Source: Paragordius varius (Eukaryota; Animalia; Nematomorpha). Taken from it: a DNA stretch of 64,000 bases. The translations under genes and the position numbers were made by a program. How positions within the stretch are numbered: position 1 is the stretch's first letter; each line of letters starts with the position of its first letter. Below are positions 51,893 through 63,635 of the stretch, one piece after another. The notes beneath the pieces are model-generated. The model worked only from the letters and a program-made list of their open reading frames with translations. It was not told where the DNA came from and ran no database searches. The stretch covers positions 7,998,001-8,062,000 of the forward strand of contig OZ176054.1 in the NCBI GenBank assembly GCA_964247055.1. Direction: 5' to 3'.

Positions 51893-53573
51893 CTTCCATG
51901 ATATTTTGGGGTAGATCCTAGAGCGATTTGAAATTAATATCTTAAAAAGTATTTCAGGTATTAACTTCGATTCGAATTGGGGTATCTGAATACCCCAGAC
52001 TATATTTAAATATATTTTTAAAAAACTACTGAAGGAAACTGTCCCAACTTAAATTTATGCTTCTATCCTAATACAAATTTAAATAAGCCAAAATATTTAA
52101 ATAAAAGTTTGTTTTGAAAAAAAAGTTCCATGTCAAACTACTTCGACGCCATTTTTATATTAATTGCAAAATATCGTATTCATTTAATTTTAAAGATAAT
52201 AAAGCTAATTTCTAATTTAAATTAAATCTAACATTGATAGAAATAGAAAAAAATGGTTTATTTTGCATTATTTTTCAATTTAGCCGATGCACACATGTTA
52301 CGTTGTCTAATTTTTACCATTGAGTTTTTACATCAAAATATGTAATATCAAATATTTTTGAATAAAGTTTTTATACATTACGGTTTATTAACACTTCGAT
52401 TCAATTTGGGGTATCTAAATACCCCAGACTATATTAAAGTTAAAATTTAAAAAAAACTACTGAAGGAAACCGTCCAAATTTAAATTTATGCTTCTATCCT
52501 AATAAAAATTATATAAATAAGCTAAAATATCTTAATAAAATTTTGTCTTGAAAAAAGTTCCATCTCAAACTACTTCGACGCCATTTTTATTTTACAAAAT
52601 TTTTGCAAAATATCGTCTTCATTTAATATTAAGGGTAAAATTAAAGCCAAATTTTTATTTAAATTACATCTACCGTCGATAAAAATAGAAAAAGCGGTTT
52701 ATTTTGTATTATTTTTCAATTTTACCATTGCACACATATCACGTTGTCTAGATTTCAGCCTTTCAGTTTTAGCTTAAAATTAGTAATATCAAGTATTTTT
52801 GAATAATTTTTTTATATATTTCGGTTTATTAATGTTATATAAGTGCATTTTGCCTAGGCTTCGATCCCTTTCATATTTTTTAAAGAATTTAATTTTAAAC
52901 AGGCCTGGGGTATTTAACTACCCCAATTTGAATCGAAGGACTAAAATGAATGTATTGTATCAAGGTGTTAATGATATATAAGTGCAAAATTTTGCCATGG
53001 TTTTGATTCCTTCTATATTTTTTAAAGTATTTTACTTTAAACAGGCATCCAACTACCCCAATTTAAAAAGAAGGACTGAAATGAATGTGTTGCATCCAAG
53101 TGTTAAGCCGAATTTTAAAATATGCTTTATGCAACCTTTTAGGCGCATAATACAATTTTTTAAAAAATATAAAGTTGTAAAAAAATATCACTCAAATTTG
53201 GCCTCAATTTTTTTATATTTCTTAAATCGCTGATGCAACAGGCAAATTAATGTATATTTAGTTAGAAAATGTAAACAATCAACTTTTAAAGGCTTTCAGG
53301 CAAAATTTATCAGAAAAAATAGATATATTTGGTTTTTAATATCAGCCATCAATCGTGTTTTGGAGCTGTCCAAATTTTAGACTCTATAAGTCACAAAATT
53401 GTAAAAAAATATAACTTTTTTTTATCTAAAACATGAGAGCAATGTTGGATAAATAGTTTTTAACAAAAATAACTTTAAAAAGCGTCATTAACAAAATTTA
53501 GCTCTGGGGTATAAAACTAGCCCAAAAGATAAACTAGGAAAAAAAGTGAAAGGTAAAAGATTGTTAACTTTCC
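51893..53573. mobile_element. Nested piggyBac-like cluster: B (reverse) > A > A
   Basis: B start 51893-51960; TTAA; outer A 51965-52387; TTAA; inner A 52392-52967; TTAA; rest of outer A to 53102; TTAA; B resumes 53107-53573; TTAA. Confidence 0.85.
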
Positions 53574-53618
53574 GAGACTATACATTTAAAATTTGATATA
53601 AAACATCTGTGGCGAATT

Positions 53619-54070
53619 ATGTCGTTAACAACTCATGTTACTGATTCTTCTATCGTTAAAGCTAAATCAAAATTTCCTTCAGGCATCGGATATTATCCTG
53701 CTGAGTATGATCCAAAAATTCATGGACCGTATTATCCCTGGCGAAATTACGGCAAAAGTTGCTCCTTTTTTATTTTTAGCTGATATAAAATTTATGGATT
53801 TAAAAGTTGGTGATTTATGGAATTGGGTTGGAAGAAGATCATTTCATCCACATGCTATTTATAGCGTTCTCATTAGAAGTTTAAGAAATATAATTAAAGG
53901 ATTTCAACACTATAAATATAGATGGGTTGATACAAAGGTTGGTTGTGCGGCCCCTATGTTTCATGTCTTATTTATCACGATGGGTTTAAGTTATTGTCTT
54001 TTTTTCAAGCGATACTGTATAATTATTTTAATAATTGATAGATTATGAAAGACGAAGAAAATATCATTGA
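53619..54070 (+). CDS. ATP5MF: Mitochondrial ATP synthase subunit f (invertebrate type)
   Basis: Exons 53619-53757, 53780-53878, 53900-54016, 54042-54070 (TGA). YPAEYDPKIHGPYYPWRNYGK, VGDLWNWVGRR and C-terminal RRRKYH match invertebrate subunit f. Introns are 22, 21 and 25 nt. Confidence 0.92.
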
Positions 54071-54617
54071 TTGTCATGTATGTGCTTAAGCGTGAATTTG
54101 TTTAAACTTAATAAATTCGTTTTGCATAAATGTTTATATGACAAAAAATATTTGCTGCATAATTTGAGTCATAATTTATATCATGATTTTGAGATGTGTG
54201 TTATTTATCTATATTGAAATACCATCTGGATTGAATAATGTTAATTTGATAATGGATGTTATCAATTTAAGGCCTTTAGGATTTTCTGAAATATACTTTC
54301 AAAACGCCAAACAAGAAACTAAATTTTACTATGCCTATCAAACAACACCTATTGTAATTTGCTTTTAATGATGGCGATTAATTTTTTTTATATATTTATG
54401 CTATTATATAGAATTTTCATCGTAAATATTATACCCATTAAATTTGACTTGAAACTTTGCACAGCTTTTTTTAGTTTACTTTTTTATTTGCATTGTAAAT
54501 AATATAATTCATTTTCAGTTGTAAAACCTATTCAATAGATAAAAATTGGTTTTAACATCGGCTGACTAGTTAAAAAAATACAATTCAAGTATTATGCATT
54601 TCTTAGTTTCAATCGAA

Positions 54618-55654
54618 AAGAAAGAATTACACGGGGTTTTAATTGACATCGAGAAGGCGTTTGACAGGATTCCTAGAGAAACTATTTGGTGGAGTCTCCG
54701 TCGTAAAAAGGTGTCAGAAAGTTATATTAAGTTGTTACAAATAATGTACGAATCACACACCTCCAGGATTAAAACCCCACAAGGTTTATCAGAGCCCTTT
54801 TCAATAAAGCATGGAGTCTACCAAGGCTCATCACTCAGCCCCTTATTGTTTATAATTTGTATGGACGAGGTAGCCAAGGTTGTTAATGTGAGTTCAGGAT
54901 GGTACTTAATGTATGCAGATGACATAATCATCTTGTCTGATTCATTAATTGAGTTAAAGCGAACGGTAAACAGATGGGTTGTTATGCTGGATCAATAGGG
55001 TCTGAAAGTAAACAAAGCAAAAACCGAACTTATTACTTTTGGGGGTCTACAACATGAAATGGTAGTTGATGATAGTTGGGTTCTGAAGGGTAAAGAAAGT
55101 TTCAAATATTTGGGAGCTAGGTTAAGTGCAGATGGTTCGTTGACTGATGATGAATAAAGAGCAGCTGGGTAAATTGTAAAAAATTTCGAGCGTGTTATGC
55201 GATCGAAATATTGATGTTAGAGTGAAAGGTAAGATTTACAGTTCAGTTGTCCAGCCCTCAATGATGTATAACTCACAGACGTGGGGTGTCAAAAAATCCG
55301 AAGAAAGACATTTTAACGTGACTGAAATGAAAATGCTCAGAATGATGTGTGGGATAACAAGAAAGGACAGAATTGAGAATAGATTTATTCGTGGGAGCAC
55401 AGATATTAAACCAATAGTGGAAAGAATGTCAAAAAATACGTTGGTTCGGGCACATTGAAAGAAGAGATTCTAATTATATTGCAAAAATAATAGATAGACA
55501 TATAGTTGAGGAAAAACGAGGACGTGGGCGGCCTAAAACAAATGGATAGATACAGTAAAAAGAGAGCTAGCAGACGCCATAGATAGAGTTTTATGGCGAG
55601 ACAAGTTGTATAACATGACGGCTCTCGAGTGACATGTAATGTAATAATAATAAT
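54618..55654 (+). mobile_element. 5'-truncated, inactivated RTE-clade non-LTR retrotransposon
   Basis: RT motifs LIDIEKAFDRIPR, GVYQGSSLSPLLF, YADD, GLKVNKAKTE, FKYLG and TEMKMLRMMCG, with stops and frameshifts. Ends in a (TAA)n tail. Candidate TSD AATCGAA at 54611-54617 and 55655-55661. Confidence 0.9.
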
Positions 55655-55899
55655 AATCGAATATTTCCGTACTCAAAAAATATTTTGACTGGCTGAAATT
55701 AAATATTTTATCTGTCTCAAGGGCTCTGCACCATATAACACCGACAAATACCATTGCTGTTTGACACTTTATTTATACTTAAATCGTACTAGCTTAAATC
55801 GCAGCTATACGATTTAGTTTAAAAAATTAAATTTTAATTATAATATTACCACATAAGTGGACATTTTATTATTCGCCAAATTTTTTAACTAATCTGGTT

Positions 55900-56300
55900 T
55901 AGCATCATAATTGGTCAACCTGGCCATATGTTAAGCGAGATGTATTCCTACCATAAATTTTTTTCGAACAAGTTGAGGGGAAAACAGTAAGGATAACTTG
56001 ATTACATTTTTTTATATTTTCATTATTGGCATATCTTGTCAAAACTCAATATACCTTTCTTCTTTTCAATTTTCTTTAAAGATATCTGGAAAATTGGAAT
56101 CTAAATATCTTGCAAAATTTTAGCATACCGATAACCGTTTTAATGACTCTATTAAGATTCCAAATCTTTTAAGGGTCAAACTAGGTTCAGATTGATAGGG
56201 CAACGAAAGTATAAAAGGTTTTGTGATATTTTTCTGTTTTTAAGAAAAACAAAGCTTTTGATGATCGAACAACCATCCGTACCAATGGGGACAGCGGAAT
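55900..56300 (-). pseudogene. Possible degenerate hAT transposase fragment
   Basis: Reverse strand reads VPIGTDGCSIIK...LYFRCPINLNLV*, resembling the hAT TDG..M and HC..H.LNL motifs. Short and broken. Confidence 0.4.
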
Positions 56301-57596
56301 TTTTTATTTAATATTTTAAAATAATTGCCTTTCTATTCTTTTTTAGAGGAGCATTATAGGATTATTTCTGTTTTGTGTTATTTAATATTGTAGAATATTA
56401 TTAGGGAAAACATTGGAGACATCACATATTTTTTTAAGGTTGATATAAAACGTAATGTTGTAGATTAAAAAAATAAGGTTTAAATAGGTTGTTTAATAAA
56501 TTTAATTATTATTATTATTTAAAGTTTGGGTAAATGTTTGCTAATACAGTAAAAAAGATTATGGACGATTTCTAAATGAAAATGTGTCATTTTTTTAAAA
56601 AACCGGGGTTGTCCTTATAAAATACATTCATTTTATAAGTAAAAATCGAAAATGACCAAAAATATATCAAAACCGGAATATTTTTTAAACAGGAAAAAAA
56701 TAAATACGTTTTGAAGTAGGTTAAAACTTATCATCCAAGCAATCATTTGATAAAAAATTTCGATTATGATTTCAGGACCATAAAAAACAATTTTAAGGCC
56801 GCAGTTTGAGTGCCACTGATTTAAAGTATAGAGCAGGGGTATCCAACATGCGGTACCCGCTACCCTATTTCTCTCATGTTAAACTTTTGAAAATAAAAAT
56901 ATAAGGCAAGCAATTAATTAAAATGTTCCTTGCCAAATTTTTTTATGAAATTCTGTAATTTTGATATTTAAACTAATCTGATCTATCAAACGATAGCTGA
57001 ACAATAAATTTAGTATTGTTTTTTCAAGTATAAATTTTATACACTCAAACACTTGAAAAATTTATTTTACGCAGAGATTTATTCTATAAGGGGTTGGTAT
57101 TTTGGAATGCCTCCCAAAAATACATTACATTATTAACTATATATATATAATAATCCTTAGTTTTATTACCAAATATAAATTTAACATTTTACGCCTTTTT
57201 TAAATCCAAACCATCATTTATATATTTCATGGAATATAATTTAGGCCTTTATATTAAATAGTATACAGTATGCTTTGGGGCAGTGGTTTCCAAACCGCGG
57301 CCCTAAATTGCTTTTTATGGCCCCAAAGTTCTATTTTGTATATAATTTGCAAATGTGTCAAACAGCTATTAAAATTATATGGGTTTTACGGCCCTTGATA
57401 AAAGGTAAAATGTTTTTTTGGCCCTTTAAATTTGGTTAGTAACCACTTGTTTAGTATCTCAATTGTCTATAATTTTTTGATTAACCTTTTTACCAAAAAT
57501 TAATTTCATTTTTTACTTATCCACGTCCAATAATATTAGATCTAAATCATAATTTTTGAAAATCGCGATTATGCGGTAAATTATAATTATTATAAC

Positions 57597-58975
57597 TAGG
57601 GTTGTGCCCATTAGTCAATAACCTAGGGTCATGACCTAGGTCATGACTATGGTCATGACCACGAAAAAAAATGACCTAGGTCAATTTTTTTTATTTTTTT
57701 TAATTTTTTATTTTTTTAATTTTACAATTTTTAGCAAAACAAAACCTTATATTATCTATATATGTAATATTTTGTTTTAAATATCATATGATACACATCT
57801 TTTCTTTACTTCCTAAATCCTGATGAAATCAGCCTTGTAGAAATTTTTCGAGCAAAAAAATCAAGTTACATGCAAGAAATGCAACTACACTATATATAAA
57901 ATATTTAAATAAAAACCGAATAAAGAAACATCTAAAAGAAGTTCTGAAATTAATTATATGACATGATGGTCGAAAGCAAGCTAATTATTTAATTTCTTAA
58001 GTTCAGTCATAAAAAATTTCGTTTTGCAAGAGAAATTACAGAAACATTTAGCAAAATTTATTTTTACATCCTCAACTCTTAACATAGTTGAATATAAACA
58101 TTTTCGGATTTTCATTCATAGTTCAAACCTAATTATGCTATTCCAAATAGAAAACAGATTTCCAATGAATTACTAGATTCATGTGAAGATGTAAAAATAG
58201 AAGTTATTGGAATATGTAAAATATTTCATTAACGTCGATCGCTTTACCAATATTCGTAGGGAGCAAATAATTAATAAGATTGGCCAAGGATCCCAAAAAT
58301 TATTACACATCTTATCATAGTAAGACTGCCGAATATATCTTTAACATAATGGAACCAATAAAAGATAAATTTAAAAAATTAATGCCATTGTGACCGATAA
58401 TGCAGCGAACATGAAGGTTGCTGAAAATTTGATTAATAAAGAATATCCTAATATAATATGGCTTGGATGCCGATGTCATATTTTAAATAATTTCATCAAA
58501 GATATATTAAACTTAATAAGATTACTGGAATTTTAAATGTAGTGAGCGCGATTATATATTAAATCTAATAAATCGTATAAAAATTTTCAAAGTATAAAAA
58601 AACTTTGAACCATCCTAAGTTAACATTAATTTTATGGACAGTGACTCGTTTTTACACAATCTAAATAATTAGAACATAAATAGGTTTCAATACATCCATA
58701 TTATCTCGTTACTTTTAACTTTCTGTGATTTGAAACTTTCTATAAGTCTTTATGAATGATTCCAGGAAAGATCGGTAATTGTAGAAATTTAAATTATCAG
58801 GATTGGGGAAAGTATAATTTTAAAAAATTATATACTTTAAAACTTTTTTTACGTGATTTAATCAAGTATTTATGAATGTACTTATATATTATTGGCAATA
58901 ACATATGGTATGACCTAGGTCAGACCTAGGTCTGACCCCCTTTTTCAAAAAAAGGGGGTCAAAATCACAACCCTA
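57597..58975 (+). mobile_element. Degenerate hAT transposon with transposase remnants
   Basis: Perfect 10-bp TIR TAGGGTTGTG/CACAACCCTA; decayed 8-bp flanks (attataac/actacaaa). Broken frames read PNYAIPNRKQISNELLD, VDRFTNIRREQIIN and AIVTDNAANMK...WLGCRCHILNNFIKDIL. Confidence 0.85.
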
Positions 58976-59374
58976 ACTACAAACCATTGTCCTTTTCTTA
59001 TTTTTTCTATGGTTGACAATCACAGATTAATATTTAGTTATTGGACCAAATTTAAAAAATGAATTATATAAATATTAAGCATATTTACCAAAAATATTTT
59101 ATAAAAATTTCTCCGTCTCAGCTGTTTGAATTAAATAGATTTCGGTAGATATTTGAATTTTGTAATCAAGCTGAAGGTAGTAACAGCTCTTATGTTCATA
59201 TTAAATGTTATATAACAATATATTTGCACATCAATCTAATTCTTTATTTGACACTAATGCACTTACAAGCGTTGCTCTGACAAAAGCACGAGTTGGTGAA
59301 TCAGGTTAACAAAATATATACCTTCAATAGACTAATAAATTCCTGATAAAAAATATTATTCTAAATCGGGAATG

Positions 59375-59690
59375 TAACACAAATGGCTTCGTGGGCCGCA
59401 TTAGTGTTTAAAAAATTTCAATTAGCCTTATTCAAAAAGTAGATGGACATTAATAAATATTTTTTAGAATTTATACAAACTGTAATAAAGTAAAAGATAA
59501 AACTCTTTATTTCACCGATTTTTGATATTTCTTTGCCAAAATTTGGAAAGATTATTTAAAAATTGTCCAAGAAATATCATTTAAGATTTATTTCGTAATT
59601 AACAGTGTTTTTGCGAAACATGGAACCTCCTTTGTTCCAAATTTTCAAGGGCCGCATGCAGTTCGCCTTCTGCATGTTGGCCACCCCTGG
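59375..59690. mobile_element. Family D hAT-like MITE
   Basis: CACAAATGGCTTCGTGGGCCGCATT ... GGCCGCATG ... GTTGGCCACCCCTG. Confidence 0.6.
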
Positions 59691-61576
59691 TTTTATCTCT
59701 TTACCTGCTTTTTCCTTTGTAAAACTATTTTTAGTCTGCTTAATTTCTCATTTAACACCTGTTGTAAGTTGTTTACAGTAAAACAAAGCAATCAGTATAA
59801 CAATTTTAATCGTACAACACAATGTCTAATTCAAAGTATGCGAAACAGAGTATCTAATTTAAAATGATTACCATTAATAATTTAAATGGGACTACACGTA
59901 AGTTAGTTCGAGAAGAGATTGTGAAACTGAAAAAAAACGGTTGCTTTTGATTAATAAACCATATTTATATGTCTAGGTTTATATTAAATATCGTATTTTT
60001 ATTTTTGAAGATTTACAAAGCCCCTACATAAAAAGATTTTTTTTGAGATAGCGGTACTTGGCCTGCCCAAATTTATAAGCTAACCATTGTTAATTATGAT
60101 CGGAGTAGCTAAAAAAAATTTTATTTAGTGTTTTAAAAGCTGCTTTTTCAAATACCAGTTATCACATAAATATAGATACCCTAATCCTATCCATAATATT
60201 TTATTTATATTTCGTAATTTGCAGGAAAATATCCTATATCCGTTCATATCATATAAGGTTTATAAAGTTTTGTAAACCTAAAATTTACGGTTGAAACTTT
60301 TTGTCTGCGTAAAACTAGCAGCTTTAAAATTAATTCTGGCTAATTTATACGTTTCAGCTCATATATTTATAAAATTTTGTTTAAAATATGACCCATTTTT
60401 AACAATCTTTTAACTCTTTCTAGAGAGAGTGATCCCTGTTTTCAGTTATATTCTTAAGTGAGTAACATTGTTTCAAAAACCCGAGATAACATTGATATCT
60501 CAAATTACTATGGTAAAAAATTATAACTTACTAGTTACTTAAGAAAAATATAAAATCAAATATTCCAAAAAGAGGTACATATAAGGCAATATTTATTGAA
60601 ACGTGTAATATTAGTTTTATCACAATTATTATTGTTCAAAATAAAGCGAAACTGAATTTTCGTTCCGGTTAAAGGCGTAAACTGTAATCTTTGTCGTGTC
60701 TAAGGATACTTTATCATTCTATTTTGGTGTAAATGTATTTAGAAATTAAAAAAATAATTCGGATTGGCGATTGTACCAACACAAATTTTATAAGTAGCAA
60801 AATAGTCATTAAATTGACATGTCATATTTATTTGAGTAAAAGTATAAAAACAAAAAATAAAATACCATTTCAAATTTTTAAAGTTTATTAAACTATAAGA
60901 TAATATCGCTAAATCATGATAAAATAATTTAGTCGGCTAATTGAAAAAGCCCAAAGTTTTGTTTAAAATATATTCTTACGGATATATAAATCTTTTTTGA
61001 TTGATGTATGAGACCCTAAATATATTACAATAGACCACAAAATTACCTCACAGTACCGCTGGTTGGTGATTGTGCAATCGCAATTTATGTTATGTAACAT
61101 CCAAAATTAATTAGGTTTTAATAATCAAAAATTGTAAATTTTATGTGAATTATGATTAAAATGCGGGATCAAATATTTTTAAGCCTTGTTTAAAATATCT
61201 CTCAATACTAGTAATATGGTTAATTCAAATATTTCCATAACGAACAAAGAATAATTGAAATCATTTAAAAAGTATACCCGTTGGGCACGTCTGCACGTCT
61301 CGCCATAATATATTCTTGTTATACATAACCAATAATAATATTCATTTGGACTTTTTATCTCCAACGCAATATAATTTTCACGATATTGTGCTTTAAGTTC
61401 AGGTAAATTCGAATTTCCTAAAAGTTATCAGATTCAAAACCTTGGTACAGTATGTTACTCCCAACTAATTAAACATAAAATAGAATATATAAGCTCCATA
61501 TTGGTTTTATATTGGTAATATTGGATGGCGAAATTACCATTACCGTATATAAAAAATGGAAGTATGATTTTATTTA

Positions 61577-61865
61577 CAGTAAAAACTGAAATTATACGGA
61601 CAAAACGTAAAAATATAAAGACAGATATTTTTTCTAATGGACAACCATACTTTTTTAACCTGGATTTATATCAATATAACTTATTGTTTTAAATGGCAAA
61701 GTGTGAAATATAAATATATAATCCTTAAAATCAATTCTATATTTAATTGTAACTAAGTAGCTTATGTGAGAAACATTAAGGTTTTAAAAAGTATGGTTGT
61801 CTTTTAGAAAAAAATATTTGCCTTTATATTGTTACGTTTTCTCCGTATAATTTAAATTTCTACTC
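61577..61865. mobile_element. Family H Tigger/pogo-like MITE
   Basis: TA|CAGTAAAAACTGAAATTATACGG start and an inverted repeat of about 70 bp (gacaaccatacttttttaacct / aggttttaaaaagtatggttgtc). Confidence 0.65.
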
Positions 61866-61958
61866 TATAACTAGTTCTAAAAATGTGATGATATGGTGAG
61901 ACATCTTAAAAATAGCCCTTTCATTTATTTATATTAGAATATTTAAAAAGCTTTAAAG

Positions 61959-62202
61959 TAGGGGTGGACACATGCGGCCCGCGAAAAATTTGGAAATTCA
62001 TATACTATAAAAATATACTCACAAAATCTTAATAAAATTGATATTTTATGAACAATTTTTTAAAAATTCCATCCAATTGGCAAGAATAAGATAAAATTGT
62101 TATATTGTTTTTGCATTTTACAGTTTGTTTGAAAACTAATATATCTCTTATAAATGCCCATATATATTCATATGCGGCCACCATTTGTGTCGAACACCTC
62201 TG
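61959..62202. mobile_element. Family D hAT MITE with 8-bp target-site duplication
   Basis: Ends TAGGGGTGGACAC and GTCGAACACCTCTG, flanked by CTTTAAAG and CTTCAAAG (7 of 8 identical). Confidence 0.8.
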
Positions 62203-62899
62203 CTTCAAAGCAAGCATATATACAAATTTTCTTTTGTATTTTCATTAAATATAATTTTTTGCCCAATACCGAACAAGCTAAACGTTTTTAATATAGCCGA
62301 AAATCGGATTTACGTAATAAATGTTAATTAATTATATACATTTTCCCAAAAGGGCGGCGTACAAGAATATAAGGGGGGTGTGAAAATTTTGGAGAATTTA
62401 AGTTAAAAAAACAAGAAAAATTGAAGGATTTTTAGTGCGAGTTATTAAGATTGTCACCAATATGGAAAAAATATATCAAAATGCAGATATAAGGATCTCA
62501 TTAATTGGGATATTATAATATATTTTACATTTTTATCTTGGATTTTTTTGAGAGGGGAGCGCAAGAATTTTTATTTTCAGTTTGGTGGGGTGTGAACAAA
62601 AGTAGGTTGGGAAGCACTGGCTTAAAGTTTTAGGATAATAAATATTGAATTGATAATTATAAAAGAAAAGAGTTATTTTAATTTTCTGCAATAACCAAAA
62701 CTAAAGAATCTCATTTTTATAGCACATTTAGGTCGAAGAAAAATTAATATAAATTGGAAAAGATTATATGTTAATAAAATTTACAAAAATAAGGATATAA
62801 ACGCTAGCATTGTCGATAAAAATGTAACATTTTTTGAGCCCTATTTTTGTTCGCATAGTGTATGGTTTATACAAAAAATATTTTTAAATTTAATCTGCA

Positions 62900-63382
62900 A
62901 CCCATTTAAAGTGGTTTTATATCACAGGCTTTGAAAAAATATTTTAAAAAGGTATAAATATTAAGCCGAATTTTGAAATATGCTTTCTGTCTCAACAGTT
63001 TTAAATGTAAAATTGTAATAAACTTTTTTTTGCCGCCATTTTTTCCTATAATTTTTTATAATGGCTAATGAAACAGGCAAATGTATATTATGGTTTGAAA
63101 ATGTAAAAATTTACTTTAAAAAGCTCAGGCTACATTTTACCAGCAAAAATTTGATATATTTTGATTTTTATATCAACTTTGTGCTTCTGTCCCAATTTTA
63201 GACTCTAGAAGTCACAAAACCATAAAAACATAAGCTTTGTTATTTAATAAGTAAAAACAATGTTTGATAAAATTTTAACTAAAATAACTTTCAAAGCTGT
63301 AGTTATTATTTACAAGAACTCTTGGATATAAAACTACCCCAATACGTAAATTAGGACAAAAAAGTGAAAAGGCAATGAAGTG
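62900..63382. mobile_element. Family B piggyBac-like MITE (reverse)
   Basis: Co-linear with 53107-53573; ends ACTACCCCAA...GAAGTG|TTAA. Left boundary approximate. Confidence 0.7.
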
Positions 63383-63635
63383 TTAAACATGTTAGTTTCC
63401 TCTTAGAAAATTCAATATTTTTTGTAATTATATTATGTACATGTTTAGGAATCTACAATTACACTTTAAAATGGAACTATATTTCCTACTTATTATAAAT
63501 TTAAAAGTTAGAACAATTAAAGGAATTGTTAATTTATTATTAAAAAGTCATTACTTGAGGGTTCAAATCGACCGACACCTCTCATTTTTTTGTGCATATA
63601 TTTAAATGTTTTCATAAAATAAATTGTATTATTAA

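Noticed and set aside
7810-62217. Short F/I/L/K/Y-rich ORFs in intergenic DNA (for example 7810, 9979, 10532, 11853, 16588, 26510, 36220-36805, 51553, 52799, 52982, 62029)
   Set aside because: Composition is that of AT-rich non-coding DNA, most lie inside MITEs, and no motifs were recognised.
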